From Methanomassiliicoccales archaeon (GTDB taxonomy: Archaea; Thermoplasmatota; Thermoplasmata; GCA-020350865), in NCBI GenBank assembly GCA_020347705.1, contig CP070739.1:2446834-2491851 (forward strand): 45,018 bases of DNA, read 5' to 3'. Below the pieces are notes generated by a model. It was not told the origin of the DNA and searched no databases. It was given only the letters and a program-made list of their open reading frames with translations. The translations under genes and the position numbers were made by a program. Numbering within the stretch: the stretch's first letter is position 1; each line of letters opens with the position of its first letter. Shown here one piece after another: positions 25,368 through 33,828 of the stretch.

Positions 25368-26561
25368 TTGAAGGCCGTAATCCTTGCAGCAGGAGAAGGT
25401 ACAAGATTGAGACCGTTCACAGTATCCAAACCGAAGGTTATGATACCCATAGCCAACCGTCCCATAATAGAATATGCTGTGGATGCCCTGTCCCAGAATG
25501 GGATTAAAGATATCGTAATAGTGGTCGGCTACAAAAAGGAGCGTATAATGAGCCATTTTGAAGACGGGAAAAAATTCGGAGTGGATATTAAATATGTCTT
25601 TCAACCAAAACCGCTGGGTACGGCACATGCATTACTTCAGGCACAAGAGGATATAACCTCGGACTTTTTGGTGTTACCGGGGGACAACCTCATTGACTTA
25701 AAGGAAGTATCAAAACTCATGGAAAGCGAAGGCGAAAATTCACTTCTCATTGCAGAAAGCGATATTCCTTCTAAATACGGCGTAGTGTTTTTGGAAAAAG
25801 GAAATATTACCAAGATATTGGAAAAACCACCAGAAAAACTGAGCAATCTCATAAGCACAGGTATTTATCGATTTACTCCAGGCGTCTTTGATTCCATCAG
25901 TGTTATGGGAGAAGAAGGTAAACATGCGCTTTCGGCCGTTGTTCAATTCATGATCGAAAAAGGACATAAAATAAGCGGAATACGCGGGGTTGGGAAGTGG
26001 ATAGATGCCGTATATCCCTGGGACATACTCGATGTAAATGCCTCGGCCATTACGGACGCGAAAATCGGAGTTGCTGGAAATATCGAAGAAGGGGCCATAA
26101 TCAAAGGCCAGGTATCTATTGGAGACGGAAGCGTAATAAGATCCGGATCGTACATCGTTGGACCTGTTGTCATCGGAAAAGGATGCGAGATAGGCCCAAA
26201 TGTGTGTATATACCCCTCAACAAGCATAGGTGATAATGTATCAATTCAACCGTTTTGCATGGTGAAACACAGCGTTCTCATGAACGATGTACAGATTGGT
26301 AGCTCATCAACGATATCAAACTCGGTGATCGGTGATGGTGTGCGGATAGGTTCGCATTTCACCACCAATAACGATGAGGCGTTAGTTCAAATAGAATCGG
26401 GATATCATTCTGTAGCTAATATCGGAGCCATAATTGGAGAAGATTCGGATATCGGGGATCTGGTTAATGTTCGTCCCGGTATGATAATGGGTGCCAGATG
26501 TAAGGTTTCATCCTCGATAGTACTCGAAGGTTCGTTGCCAAACAGAAGCATAGTAATGTAA
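25368..26561 (+). CDS. glmU: Bifunctional sugar-1-phosphate nucleotidylyltransferase / left-handed beta-helix acetyltransferase (archaeal GlmU-type)
   Basis: MKAVILAAGEGTRLRP is a nucleotidyltransferase motif. The C-terminal half is hexapeptide repeats (IGDGSVI, IGKGCEI, IGDNVSI, IGDGVRI). The TTG start has AAAGGAGGG upstream. Confidence 0.75.
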   Translation: MKAVILAAGEGTRLRPFTVSKPKVMIPIANRPIIEYAVDALSQNGIKDIVIVVGYKKERIMSHFEDGKKFGVDIKYVFQPKPLGTAHALLQAQEDITSDFLVLPGDNLIDLKEVSKLMESEGENSLLIAESDIPSKYGVVFLEKGNITKILEKPPEKLSNLISTGIYRFTPGVFDSISVMGEEGKHALSAVVQFMIEKGHKISGIRGVGKWIDAVYPWDILDVNASAITDAKIGVAGNIEEGAIIKGQVSIGDGSVIRSGSYIVGPVVIGKGCEIGPNVCIYPSTSIGDNVSIQPFCMVKHSVLMNDVQIGSSSTISNSVIGDGVRIGSHFTTNNDEALVQIESGYHSVANIGAIIGEDSDIGDLVNVRPGMIMGARCKVSSSIVLEGSLPNRSIVM

Positions 26562-26598
26562 AGGCCAATTTGAAATGGCATATTTGGATGTGTAGTGA

Positions 26599-28389
26599 AT
26601 GTGTGGAATTGTTGGGTATGTCGGTGAAAACGAGGCGGTGCCCATCCTGTTGCGCGCTTTAAAACGTTTGGAGTACCGCGGCTACGACTCCGCTGGCCTG
26701 GCAGTGGTAGGGAATGAGCTCTCCTGCTTTAAAGATAAGGGAATGATCGATAATTTACAAGGAAGCCTACCACCGATTAAAGGAAAAGTTGGCCTTGGCC
26801 ACACCCGATGGGCAACCCATGGAAAACCTTCGAAAGAGAACGCACATCCATTTCTTGATTGTGAAGAAAAAATCGCCGTGATACACAATGGGATAATCGA
26901 GAATCACATGGAACTTCGCAAGCAGCTTATAGATGAAGGTCATACCTTCACTTCGGAAACAGATACCGAAGTGCTGGCGCACCTGATAGAGAAGCACTAC
27001 AACGGTAACTTAGAAAAGGCGGTTTTAAAGAGCCTTAAGCTGATTTGCGGTTCTTACGCTATCGCTTGCGTTCATGGGGATGAAAAGGATAATATTATCG
27101 CAGCTAGAAATGAAAGCCCATTGGTTGTGGGCATCGGGAATTCCGAGAATTTTATAGCATCAGATGTGGCGGCACTGCTGGACTACACAAACAAAGTGGC
27201 TTATGTAATGGATAACGAGGTTGTAAGATTGACAAAGGAAGAATTTTCTATAACCACCATTGATGGAGAGCCCGTTTCAAGGGAGGTGGAACAAGTAAAT
27301 TGGACTGTGGAGGATGCGGAGAAGGGGGGATATGAACACTATATGTTAAAAGAGATATTTGAGCAGCCCATTGCCGTACACAATTCACTACTTGGCAGGA
27401 TTCCAGATTTAACGCTTAACGGATTTTTAGATGGCCGGTTCAACACCATAAAGATCATCGCCTGTGGAACCTCCTATCACGCGGGATTGATAGGTAAGTA
27501 CATTTTTGAAAACTTTTCAAAGGTACCTGTTGTAGTTGAGATGGGATCAGAGTACAGATATTCCGAACCTACCTATGAAAATACCTTGATCGTACTAATT
27601 ACCCAAAGTGGTGAGACTGCAGATACCGTGGCTGCTGCAAGAGAAGCTAAGCGACGTGGCAGTATGACCATCGCAATAACCAATGTTGTAGGCAGCAGTA
27701 TTACGAGGGAAGTGGATTACACCTTCTATACCAGGGCTGGCCCCGAGATTGGAGTGGCCGCAACCAAGACGTTTACTACCCAGTTGATAGCCTTGTATAT
27801 CCTCGGTATAGCTCTGGGTTTGATAAAGGGAACTTTAAAATATGATAGGATAAGAGAACTTACATCGACATTAAGAAAGCTACCAAGGTATATGCAGAGT
27901 GTGCTGGACGATTCTGAAAATATAGAAAAATGTGCCATGACCATGACAGATGCAACCGATGTGTTTTATATTGGCCGGAACATAAACTATCCCACCGCTT
28001 TGGAAGGTGCTCTGAAATTCAAGGAGATTTCTTACATCCATGCTGAAGGTTATCCTGCGGGTGAGCTCAAACACGGCCCCCTGGCTCTTCTAACCCCTCA
28101 AACTCCCGTGGTGGCTATCGCACCCAGGGACCATACATACGAGAAGATGCTCGGAAATATAAGCGAAGTTTCTGCCAGAGGTTCTCCTGTGATAGCAATA
28201 GGTTTTCAGGACGATACAGAGCTTAGCAAACTTGCGGATCAGGTCATCTTTATTCCCGAAGTACCAGCTTTGTTCTCCCCAGTGCCGATAACGGTGGTGG
28301 TACAGCTCCTTGCCTATTACGTCGCCAGGGAAAGAAAGTGCTCTATTGATAGACCGCGCCATCTCGCAAAAAGTGTCACGGTTGAATGA
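26599..28389 (+). CDS. glmS: Glutamine--fructose-6-phosphate aminotransferase (isomerizing)
   Basis: MCGIVGY Ntn start, two SIS domains (GTSYHAG, ITQSGETADT) and the C-terminal ...KSVTVE are present. Confidence 0.95.
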   Translation: MCGIVGYVGENEAVPILLRALKRLEYRGYDSAGLAVVGNELSCFKDKGMIDNLQGSLPPIKGKVGLGHTRWATHGKPSKENAHPFLDCEEKIAVIHNGIIENHMELRKQLIDEGHTFTSETDTEVLAHLIEKHYNGNLEKAVLKSLKLICGSYAIACVHGDEKDNIIAARNESPLVVGIGNSENFIASDVAALLDYTNKVAYVMDNEVVRLTKEEFSITTIDGEPVSREVEQVNWTVEDAEKGGYEHYMLKEIFEQPIAVHNSLLGRIPDLTLNGFLDGRFNTIKIIACGTSYHAGLIGKYIFENFSKVPVVVEMGSEYRYSEPTYENTLIVLITQSGETADTVAAAREAKRRGSMTIAITNVVGSSITREVDYTFYTRAGPEIGVAATKTFTTQLIALYILGIALGLIKGTLKYDRIRELTSTLRKLPRYMQSVLDDSENIEKCAMTMTDATDVFYIGRNINYPTALEGALKFKEISYIHAEGYPAGELKHGPLALLTPQTPVVAIAPRDHTYEKMLGNISEVSARGSPVIAIGFQDDTELSKLADQVIFIPEVPALFSPVPITVVVQLLAYYVARERKCSIDRPRHLAKSVTVE

Positions 28390-28397
28390 TTTTTTTT
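28390..28397 (+). terminator. Oligo-T tract directly after glmS stop (archaeal-type terminator candidate)
   Basis: Eight consecutive T residues begin at the base after the TGA stop. Confidence 0.4.
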
Positions 28398-28479
28398 ACA
28401 TTTATTCGGGTTTAAAGTGGGTTTAAAGTGACCCTCACATACAAACTCAACAAAAAATATTTATATCCCTCTATTCATT

Positions 28480-28498
28480 ATTAACATAGATTAACATA
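28480..28498 (+). promoter_or_regulatory. Direct repeat ATTAACATA x2 (10-nt period) at the predicted transcription start downstream of a TATA-like box (28457-28466)
   Basis: aaaaaATATTTATATccc is followed ~20 nt later by ATTAACATAgATTAACATA. A separate tandem 11-mer, GGGTTTAAAGT x2, lies at 28408-28429. Confidence 0.25.
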
Positions 28499-28539
28499 CA
28501 CCCAGAGAATACAAAAAATCAGACACAAGGGGGGGGTAT

Positions 28540-28953
28540 TTGAAATCACTTACACAGCAAACAAGAAAAATCGAGAAAAGGACTTGGGTGGAGAAGGTAA
28601 CAGACGATACCAACTCATGGCTGCTGGCAAGAAACCTTCTTAGGGAGGGACATTTTGAGGATGCGGCTCAGCAATATTTAGAAGACGCTTCTGAGCAGAA
28701 AGAGAAAAACGTCCTGAGAGCAGCGTTGAGCATAAGCGCTGCTGCGAGATGCCTGGCTTCCATTGGTAAGACCCAGGAATCGTCCGATCTTTTCCTAAAA
28801 GCTGGCATGTTATACGAAAGTGCAAGAGAATCTGAAAACAGCGATCAATCATACACAGACTGGATATCGGAGAGAATCTTCTATTGCCAGAGGAGAGCCT
28901 CACACCAAGAGAACGAGAAGCTTTCAGTGGAAAAACCTACCGTGGAAAAATAA
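28540..28953 (+). CDS. Small helical (TPR-like?) hypothetical protein
   Basis: The TTG start has a G8 RBS-like run upstream. The protein is 137 aa, predicted all-helical, with no TM. It ends 15 nt upstream of the PelF-like start. Confidence 0.4.
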   Translation: MKSLTQQTRKIEKRTWVEKVTDDTNSWLLARNLLREGHFEDAAQQYLEDASEQKEKNVLRAALSISAAARCLASIGKTQESSDLFLKAGMLYESARESENSDQSYTDWISERIFYCQRRASHQENEKLSVEKPTVEK

Positions 28954-28967
28954 TCAGGGGGAATCGA

Positions 28968-30413
28968 TTGAAGGTGCTCTTTCTAGTCTCAGGAGTCTAT
29001 CCGCACTACCGCGGAGGGGTTTCAACATGGTGTGATCTCATTGTGAATGGACTTCCTGAGATCGATTTTGATGTGGTAAGCGTAGTATCAAATCCTCATG
29101 TGGAGATCAGATACGAATTACCTCCCAACGTAAAAGATGTGGTGACCATCCCTTTGTGGGGATCTGAAAGACCAGAAGAGTACAACCACGTAAGGCCCTT
29201 TAGATTTTTCTTAAATAGCCTTGATACATCGAACTCATCCGTAAATAAATATTTCATTCCTTATTTTCACGACTTTATTAAAGAAATTATCGCAGGTGGT
29301 AACAATTCGCAACTGATAGGCGATTCCTTTTATGGTATGCATCAATACTTAAGGGAACATGATTATAAGAAATGCTTCCAAAGCGAGCCTGTTTGGGAGT
29401 GTTTTATTTCGCTGTTGAAAGAAAATGAATTTTTATCTCAACTCAATATGTATCAATCCATCAATATCCTCAGAACTATGGGACGTTTCCTTCATGTTCT
29501 TTCTTATCGACCAAAAAAGGTGGATTTGTGCCACTCTGCTATCGCCTCTGTGGCAGGCATTGTCGGTATAATGACACATTATGAGTACGGTACGCCCAAT
29601 ATTCTCACTGAGCATGGCGTATATTACAGGGAGAGACTCCTTGACCTCATCAATCAACCGCTGCAGTTCCAGGCGAAATTCATTTGGGAGAATTTCTATA
29701 AGGCTCTGGCCAGAGTGAATTACCATTTTGCAGACAAGATCTATCCTGTATGCAGCTTCAATTCCCGCTGGCAACAGGAATTCGGATTTCCGGAAAGCAA
29801 AATCGACGTCATTTATAACGGAGTGGATAGTAATTTCTTTGCTCCTATGGACCTCTCTGATAAAGGGGATGACCCCTCTGTGGCAGCGGTCATAAGAATC
29901 GACAGGCTGAAGGATACACTCAATTTGATAAGAGCGATGAAGTATGTTGTGGATGAAATCCCGAATGCAAAATGCAGAGTATACGGCCCTTCTCCTGACA
30001 AGGACTATGCAAAACTTTGTATAAGGATAAGGAAGGAGTTGGGATTGGAGAATGCTGTCAGGTTCGAAGGTTACACCACTGAGCCGGAAAAGTCGTACAA
30101 TATGGGAGATGTAATCGTTATGTCCAGCATTTCCGAGGGATTTCCATTCGCTCTAATAGAGGCCATGGCCACTGGAAAGGCGATAGTTGCAACTAATGTA
30201 GGTGGAATGGCTGAGGCTCTCGGAGGTACAGGGCTCATGGTCCCCTCGAGGTCCCCGAGTCAACTTGGAAAGGCTATACTAAAACTCCTGAAAAATCCCG
30301 AGTTAAGGGAGGAACTCGGTAAAAAATCCCGAGAATTGGCCGTCAGGGATTATTCGATAGAGGGTTTCCTGGATAGGTATAGAGAGGTTTATAATGGATA
30401 CGCAGGCTCGTGA
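28968..30413 (+). CDS. PelF-like glycosyltransferase (DUF3492-type N-domain + GT4 Glycos_transf_1)
   Basis: The N-terminus LKVLFLVSGVYPHYRGGVSTWCDLIVNGLPEIDF matches my recollection of the EGTYPYxxGGVSxWxxxLIxGLPE DUF3492 signature. The GT4 C-domain reads SISEGFPFALIEAMATGKAIVATNVGG. TTG 28968 has AGGGGG upstream; the ORF opens earlier, at 28884. Confidence 0.75.
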   Translation: MKVLFLVSGVYPHYRGGVSTWCDLIVNGLPEIDFDVVSVVSNPHVEIRYELPPNVKDVVTIPLWGSERPEEYNHVRPFRFFLNSLDTSNSSVNKYFIPYFHDFIKEIIAGGNNSQLIGDSFYGMHQYLREHDYKKCFQSEPVWECFISLLKENEFLSQLNMYQSINILRTMGRFLHVLSYRPKKVDLCHSAIASVAGIVGIMTHYEYGTPNILTEHGVYYRERLLDLINQPLQFQAKFIWENFYKALARVNYHFADKIYPVCSFNSRWQQEFGFPESKIDVIYNGVDSNFFAPMDLSDKGDDPSVAAVIRIDRLKDTLNLIRAMKYVVDEIPNAKCRVYGPSPDKDYAKLCIRIRKELGLENAVRFEGYTTEPEKSYNMGDVIVMSSISEGFPFALIEAMATGKAIVATNVGGMAEALGGTGLMVPSRSPSQLGKAILKLLKNPELREELGKKSRELAVRDYSIEGFLDRYREVYNGYAGS

Positions 30414-31998
30414 CCTCGAGGGAAAGGATCAAATTCTTATAGATTCCATCGCAAGAACCGTTTCCGAGGTTGAGGGGCACCCAAAGGACCATTTGGAAGT
30501 TGCTGTCATTCTAGAGATTTTGGGTTATACCATCCAGGATGCGAATGATGCAGGATACCCCAATATATTTGAATTGGCCAAGGATATTTACGAAACCATT
30601 CCTCACTTATCAGTGGAAGATGTTATTGAGCAAGTAGAGGAGGAGCAGCCAGGCGGCATGCTTCTGTTTTTTGCTGGGATGTTTTACAATTTGGGATGGA
30701 TGATCATGTTACTTTCCCTCTTTCTCGGTGGCCAGTCACTTTGGGCCGCAAAGGACCTGCCTGTCCATATCTCAACTGGTATCGGTATGGGTGTACTTCT
30801 TGGCCTGGTCTCCACTGGGGGAATCCAGCAATTCACGGCTTGGAAATTGATATACTATCAAGGGCAGGGGAATAAACCCCTTGCAAAATTCATCATGAGA
30901 AGGAACCTAATCGTAGGAACACTGATCATTCTTACAACATTGGGGCTATTTGTCTTAATCAACATCTTGGCACTTTCATTCCCCTTACAGGTTATTCTCA
31001 TCACTCTGTATTTTTTTACTATGATAGCAGTGTACAGGTTGTTTGCAACGCCCGTTTTCGCTTTCAGAAGATTCAAGGCGCTCTTGGTCATATCATTCAC
31101 GGCATTGGCAGTGATGTTCATCTCCTATTTCGTGTTTGCATCCTTTGGGATGGACAGGGTAAGGGCTGTGATCGCCTCTCAGAGCCTTGGACTCGGGATA
31201 CTCATATTCACAAGCGGCTATTTTTCTTATAGATATATTTTCTCTGAGCGGGAGGTGAGAGATGAAGATGAACCGCCATTCTATGCTCGCCCTGACCTGC
31301 CAAAGAACGTTAAACCTCCAAGATACTGGGTCCTTTTATACGAGGGGATTCCGTTTATCCTTTACGGAACTTTGTACTTCGTATTCATTTTCGGGGACAG
31401 GCTCGTGTCCTGGATGGGTGCAGGTCCCATGTTCATAAACTACAACCGAACTTATCAAATTGGAGTCGATCTGGCTCTCTTGCTTTTAATTCCCATAACC
31501 GGTGTTAAGTTCACCTATCTTTACCGATTGTCAGGTTATCTAGAGAAAAATCTTAGTGAGACCGATTTGGCCGACCATCCCAAGTTCAATGTCGCTCTTT
31601 CTAAATTTTATAAAAAAATGGTGATAGGGATATCTTTTTTCGGGGGTCTCTTCGTTCTCTCGGCCTTTCTTTTGGGTGATTGGATAGTTGAAGCAGGAGG
31701 CGGAAATGAGGAAAGTACCACAGTTTTTAAATGGGCGCTTTTGGGTATATTCTTTTTCAGTCTATTTCTAATGAACTCTGTTTTTTCATTTTGCTTCAGA
31801 AAACATAAAGCCATAGTTGTTGTCCTCGCCATTGGATGCTTCTTTGCCTATAGCCTAAGTTATATTTTCTCCACCGTAAATCACTGGTATTCCGTGTTCG
31901 GTTTCCTACTCAGCTCATTTTTCTTGGCTGCTGCATCCTTTTTCTTGATATTTGATATGCTGAAAAAAGCAGATTATGTCTATTATCAAGCGTTCTAG
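30394..31998 (+). CDS. 12-TM polytopic membrane protein, candidate PelG-like/MOP-type polysaccharide exporter
   Basis: An ~85-aa soluble N-terminus is followed by about 12 hydrophobic helices, counted by eye. The ATG overlaps the PelF-like gene by 20 nt. Confidence 0.55.
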   Translation: MDTQARDLEGKDQILIDSIARTVSEVEGHPKDHLEVAVILEILGYTIQDANDAGYPNIFELAKDIYETIPHLSVEDVIEQVEEEQPGGMLLFFAGMFYNLGWMIMLLSLFLGGQSLWAAKDLPVHISTGIGMGVLLGLVSTGGIQQFTAWKLIYYQGQGNKPLAKFIMRRNLIVGTLIILTTLGLFVLINILALSFPLQVILITLYFFTMIAVYRLFATPVFAFRRFKALLVISFTALAVMFISYFVFASFGMDRVRAVIASQSLGLGILIFTSGYFSYRYIFSEREVRDEDEPPFYARPDLPKNVKPPRYWVLLYEGIPFILYGTLYFVFIFGDRLVSWMGAGPMFINYNRTYQIGVDLALLLLIPITGVKFTYLYRLSGYLEKNLSETDLADHPKFNVALSKFYKKMVIGISFFGGLFVLSAFLLGDWIVEAGGGNEESTTVFKWALLGIFFFSLFLMNSVFSFCFRKHKAIVVVLAIGCFFAYSLSYIFSTVNHWYSVFGFLLSSFFLAAASFFLIFDMLKKADYVYYQAF

Positions 31999-32026
31999 TA
32001 GCGAGGTGGAAAAGAGAGGTTCGTCT

Positions 32027-33655
32027 CTATGTTTCCTCGCTACCATAAGTAATGAATTCATCGTTTTCTGAAAGGTATTGCGCTTTTATCCAGTTCGGGC
32101 TTCTGGCCATATCCGATATACGGACTTCGTCAATTGTGCCATTGAATGGAATATACACTTTGACATCGTCAAAATATATCTCGTATGGGTCGGTGTGATC
32201 ATAACCTAAAAGCGCTAACCAGGTATAATCCATAAGATCACCGTCTGTTGTCTCAACATATAAGACATCGTTAACCCATACCTTGATTCGATTGGTATTT
32301 CCTTCCGTCGTAATTTGTGTTTTGAGAGTATACCATGTATTGTTTTGGATGGTCCATCCCAGTGGTTCGGTTGCTATATTCGTCCAAAGATTCTCAACCA
32401 CCTTATTCAAGACAACATTACTGTACTGCGTATCCAACACCACTTCGTATTTATCTTCAGTGGTATCGTATCTGGGACAAATGAAGGCTCCCCCGGTAAG
32501 AGACGTGGTCTTTACTCTTGCTTCGGCGATACAATCTTTTGCTTCGAAGCCCTTGATTATCGCAAATGTTTCATTTCTAGGAACCGGACAACTCCAATGA
32601 AATTCCTCATTTTCGATGATCTGTGTCGAATAAGGACCGTAGTCCTCAAATTCCCAGGTTGGAGCGCCGTCAGGTGAATTGGCATACTTGGAGAAATCGT
32701 CCATAAATATGTGTTTTCCAACGTAGAGGTTGTTGGTTAGGAAAGGGGAAATTGAGCCGGTATGTACGCTTTCCCCTTCTAAATTGCCATTTAAATAGAG
32801 TCTTTGGTTGTATCCATCAAAAGTTAAAACAACACGATACCAATTATCTGCAGACAGTATTGTGGTTCCAATGACTGGATACCAATTGCTTTCGTCATAG
32901 ATAGCACCCACTAATTTGTATTCGTAATTTATCTCCAGATAGTATGCTCCCGGTTTCGATGCAATTATGCCAGGTTTCAACGAATCCAACCTAACCCAGG
33001 CTTCGATTGTAATGGTATCGGTGATATTCAAGCTATTATCATTCCCGCAATCTATAAAACCTTCATTGCCATCGAACCCGCCTGCACCATCTATCTTGCC
33101 GGTGTTCACCTGATTCAATCCACTAAAAGGATTTCCGTCATTATCATTTGAAGTGGAATCGTATCTGAGCCCAGAATTCTCCTGCAAATGCTGAACCATC
33201 ATGTAATTTGTATCATAGGTTCCGATCTCGTCTTGACCATCGGGAGCGTCTGAATTGCCATAATACATCCAAATATAGTCTATATTCGACTCAGCATCTA
33301 TCTTTGGTACGTTTACCCAAACAAAGCTTTTTCCTGAGGAATCCCAATCTTCGATATGGTATTTTAACTCGGTACTACCATCGGCATCGATAAACCGCAG
33401 GTCTTTACCATCGGATTTAGCTTTGGAATAATCAAAATTCGATGAACTCAAAACAACCAAAGCAGGAAAATCAATTAACGCTTCAGTTTGTCCAGCATTG
33501 TCGAAGTTCAATTTCTTTCGATAAGACCAATTATCGTTCCACCAATCCCGCTCTCTATCATCTGTCTTTTGACTCTCTATGAAGTAATACCCCCCGATGG
33601 CGCTGATAATTACGATTATCACGATTACGATCGCAATTAAAACTCTCTTATTCAT
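32027..33655 (-). CDS. Secreted/anchored DUF2341 + LamG (concanavalin A-like lectin) domain protein
   Basis: N-terminal TM. DUF2341 pattern: WSYRKKLNFDN...DLRFIDADGSTELKYHIEDWD...VWVNVPKI...YIWMYYGN. LamG-like: ITIEAWVRLDS...WYRVVLTFDGYNQRLYLNG. Confidence 0.7.
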   Translation of the reverse strand: MNKRVLIAIVIVIIVIISAIGGYYFIESQKTDDRERDWWNDNWSYRKKLNFDNAGQTEALIDFPALVVLSSSNFDYSKAKSDGKDLRFIDADGSTELKYHIEDWDSSGKSFVWVNVPKIDAESNIDYIWMYYGNSDAPDGQDEIGTYDTNYMMVQHLQENSGLRYDSTSNDNDGNPFSGLNQVNTGKIDGAGGFDGNEGFIDCGNDNSLNITDTITIEAWVRLDSLKPGIIASKPGAYYLEINYEYKLVGAIYDESNWYPVIGTTILSADNWYRVVLTFDGYNQRLYLNGNLEGESVHTGSISPFLTNNLYVGKHIFMDDFSKYANSPDGAPTWEFEDYGPYSTQIIENEEFHWSCPVPRNETFAIIKGFEAKDCIAEARVKTTSLTGGAFICPRYDTTEDKYEVVLDTQYSNVVLNKVVENLWTNIATEPLGWTIQNNTWYTLKTQITTEGNTNRIKVWVNDVLYVETTDGDLMDYTWLALLGYDHTDPYEIYFDDVKVYIPFNGTIDEVRISDMARSPNWIKAQYLSENDEFITYGSEET

Positions 33656-33828
33656 CTATTTCCCCGTTTAAAATGGGATATTGTCACATATATTTGAGCT
33701 TTTTGCCAACTGTTCAATACTCTTGTGCATTTATTTTACAATGAATATCAACCTGAGCCCATTCTTAATTAGCATATGTTCTTTAAAAAATTTTTGAGGT
33801 TTATTACGGGTTACTCATTCCCCCAATT

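Noticed and set aside
28884-28967. The upstream extension of the PelF-like ORF that overlaps the 137-aa gene
   Set aside because: The conserved N-terminus of the family begins at LKVLFLVSG, and a G-rich RBS precedes TTG 28968. The extension overlaps the preceding CDS.
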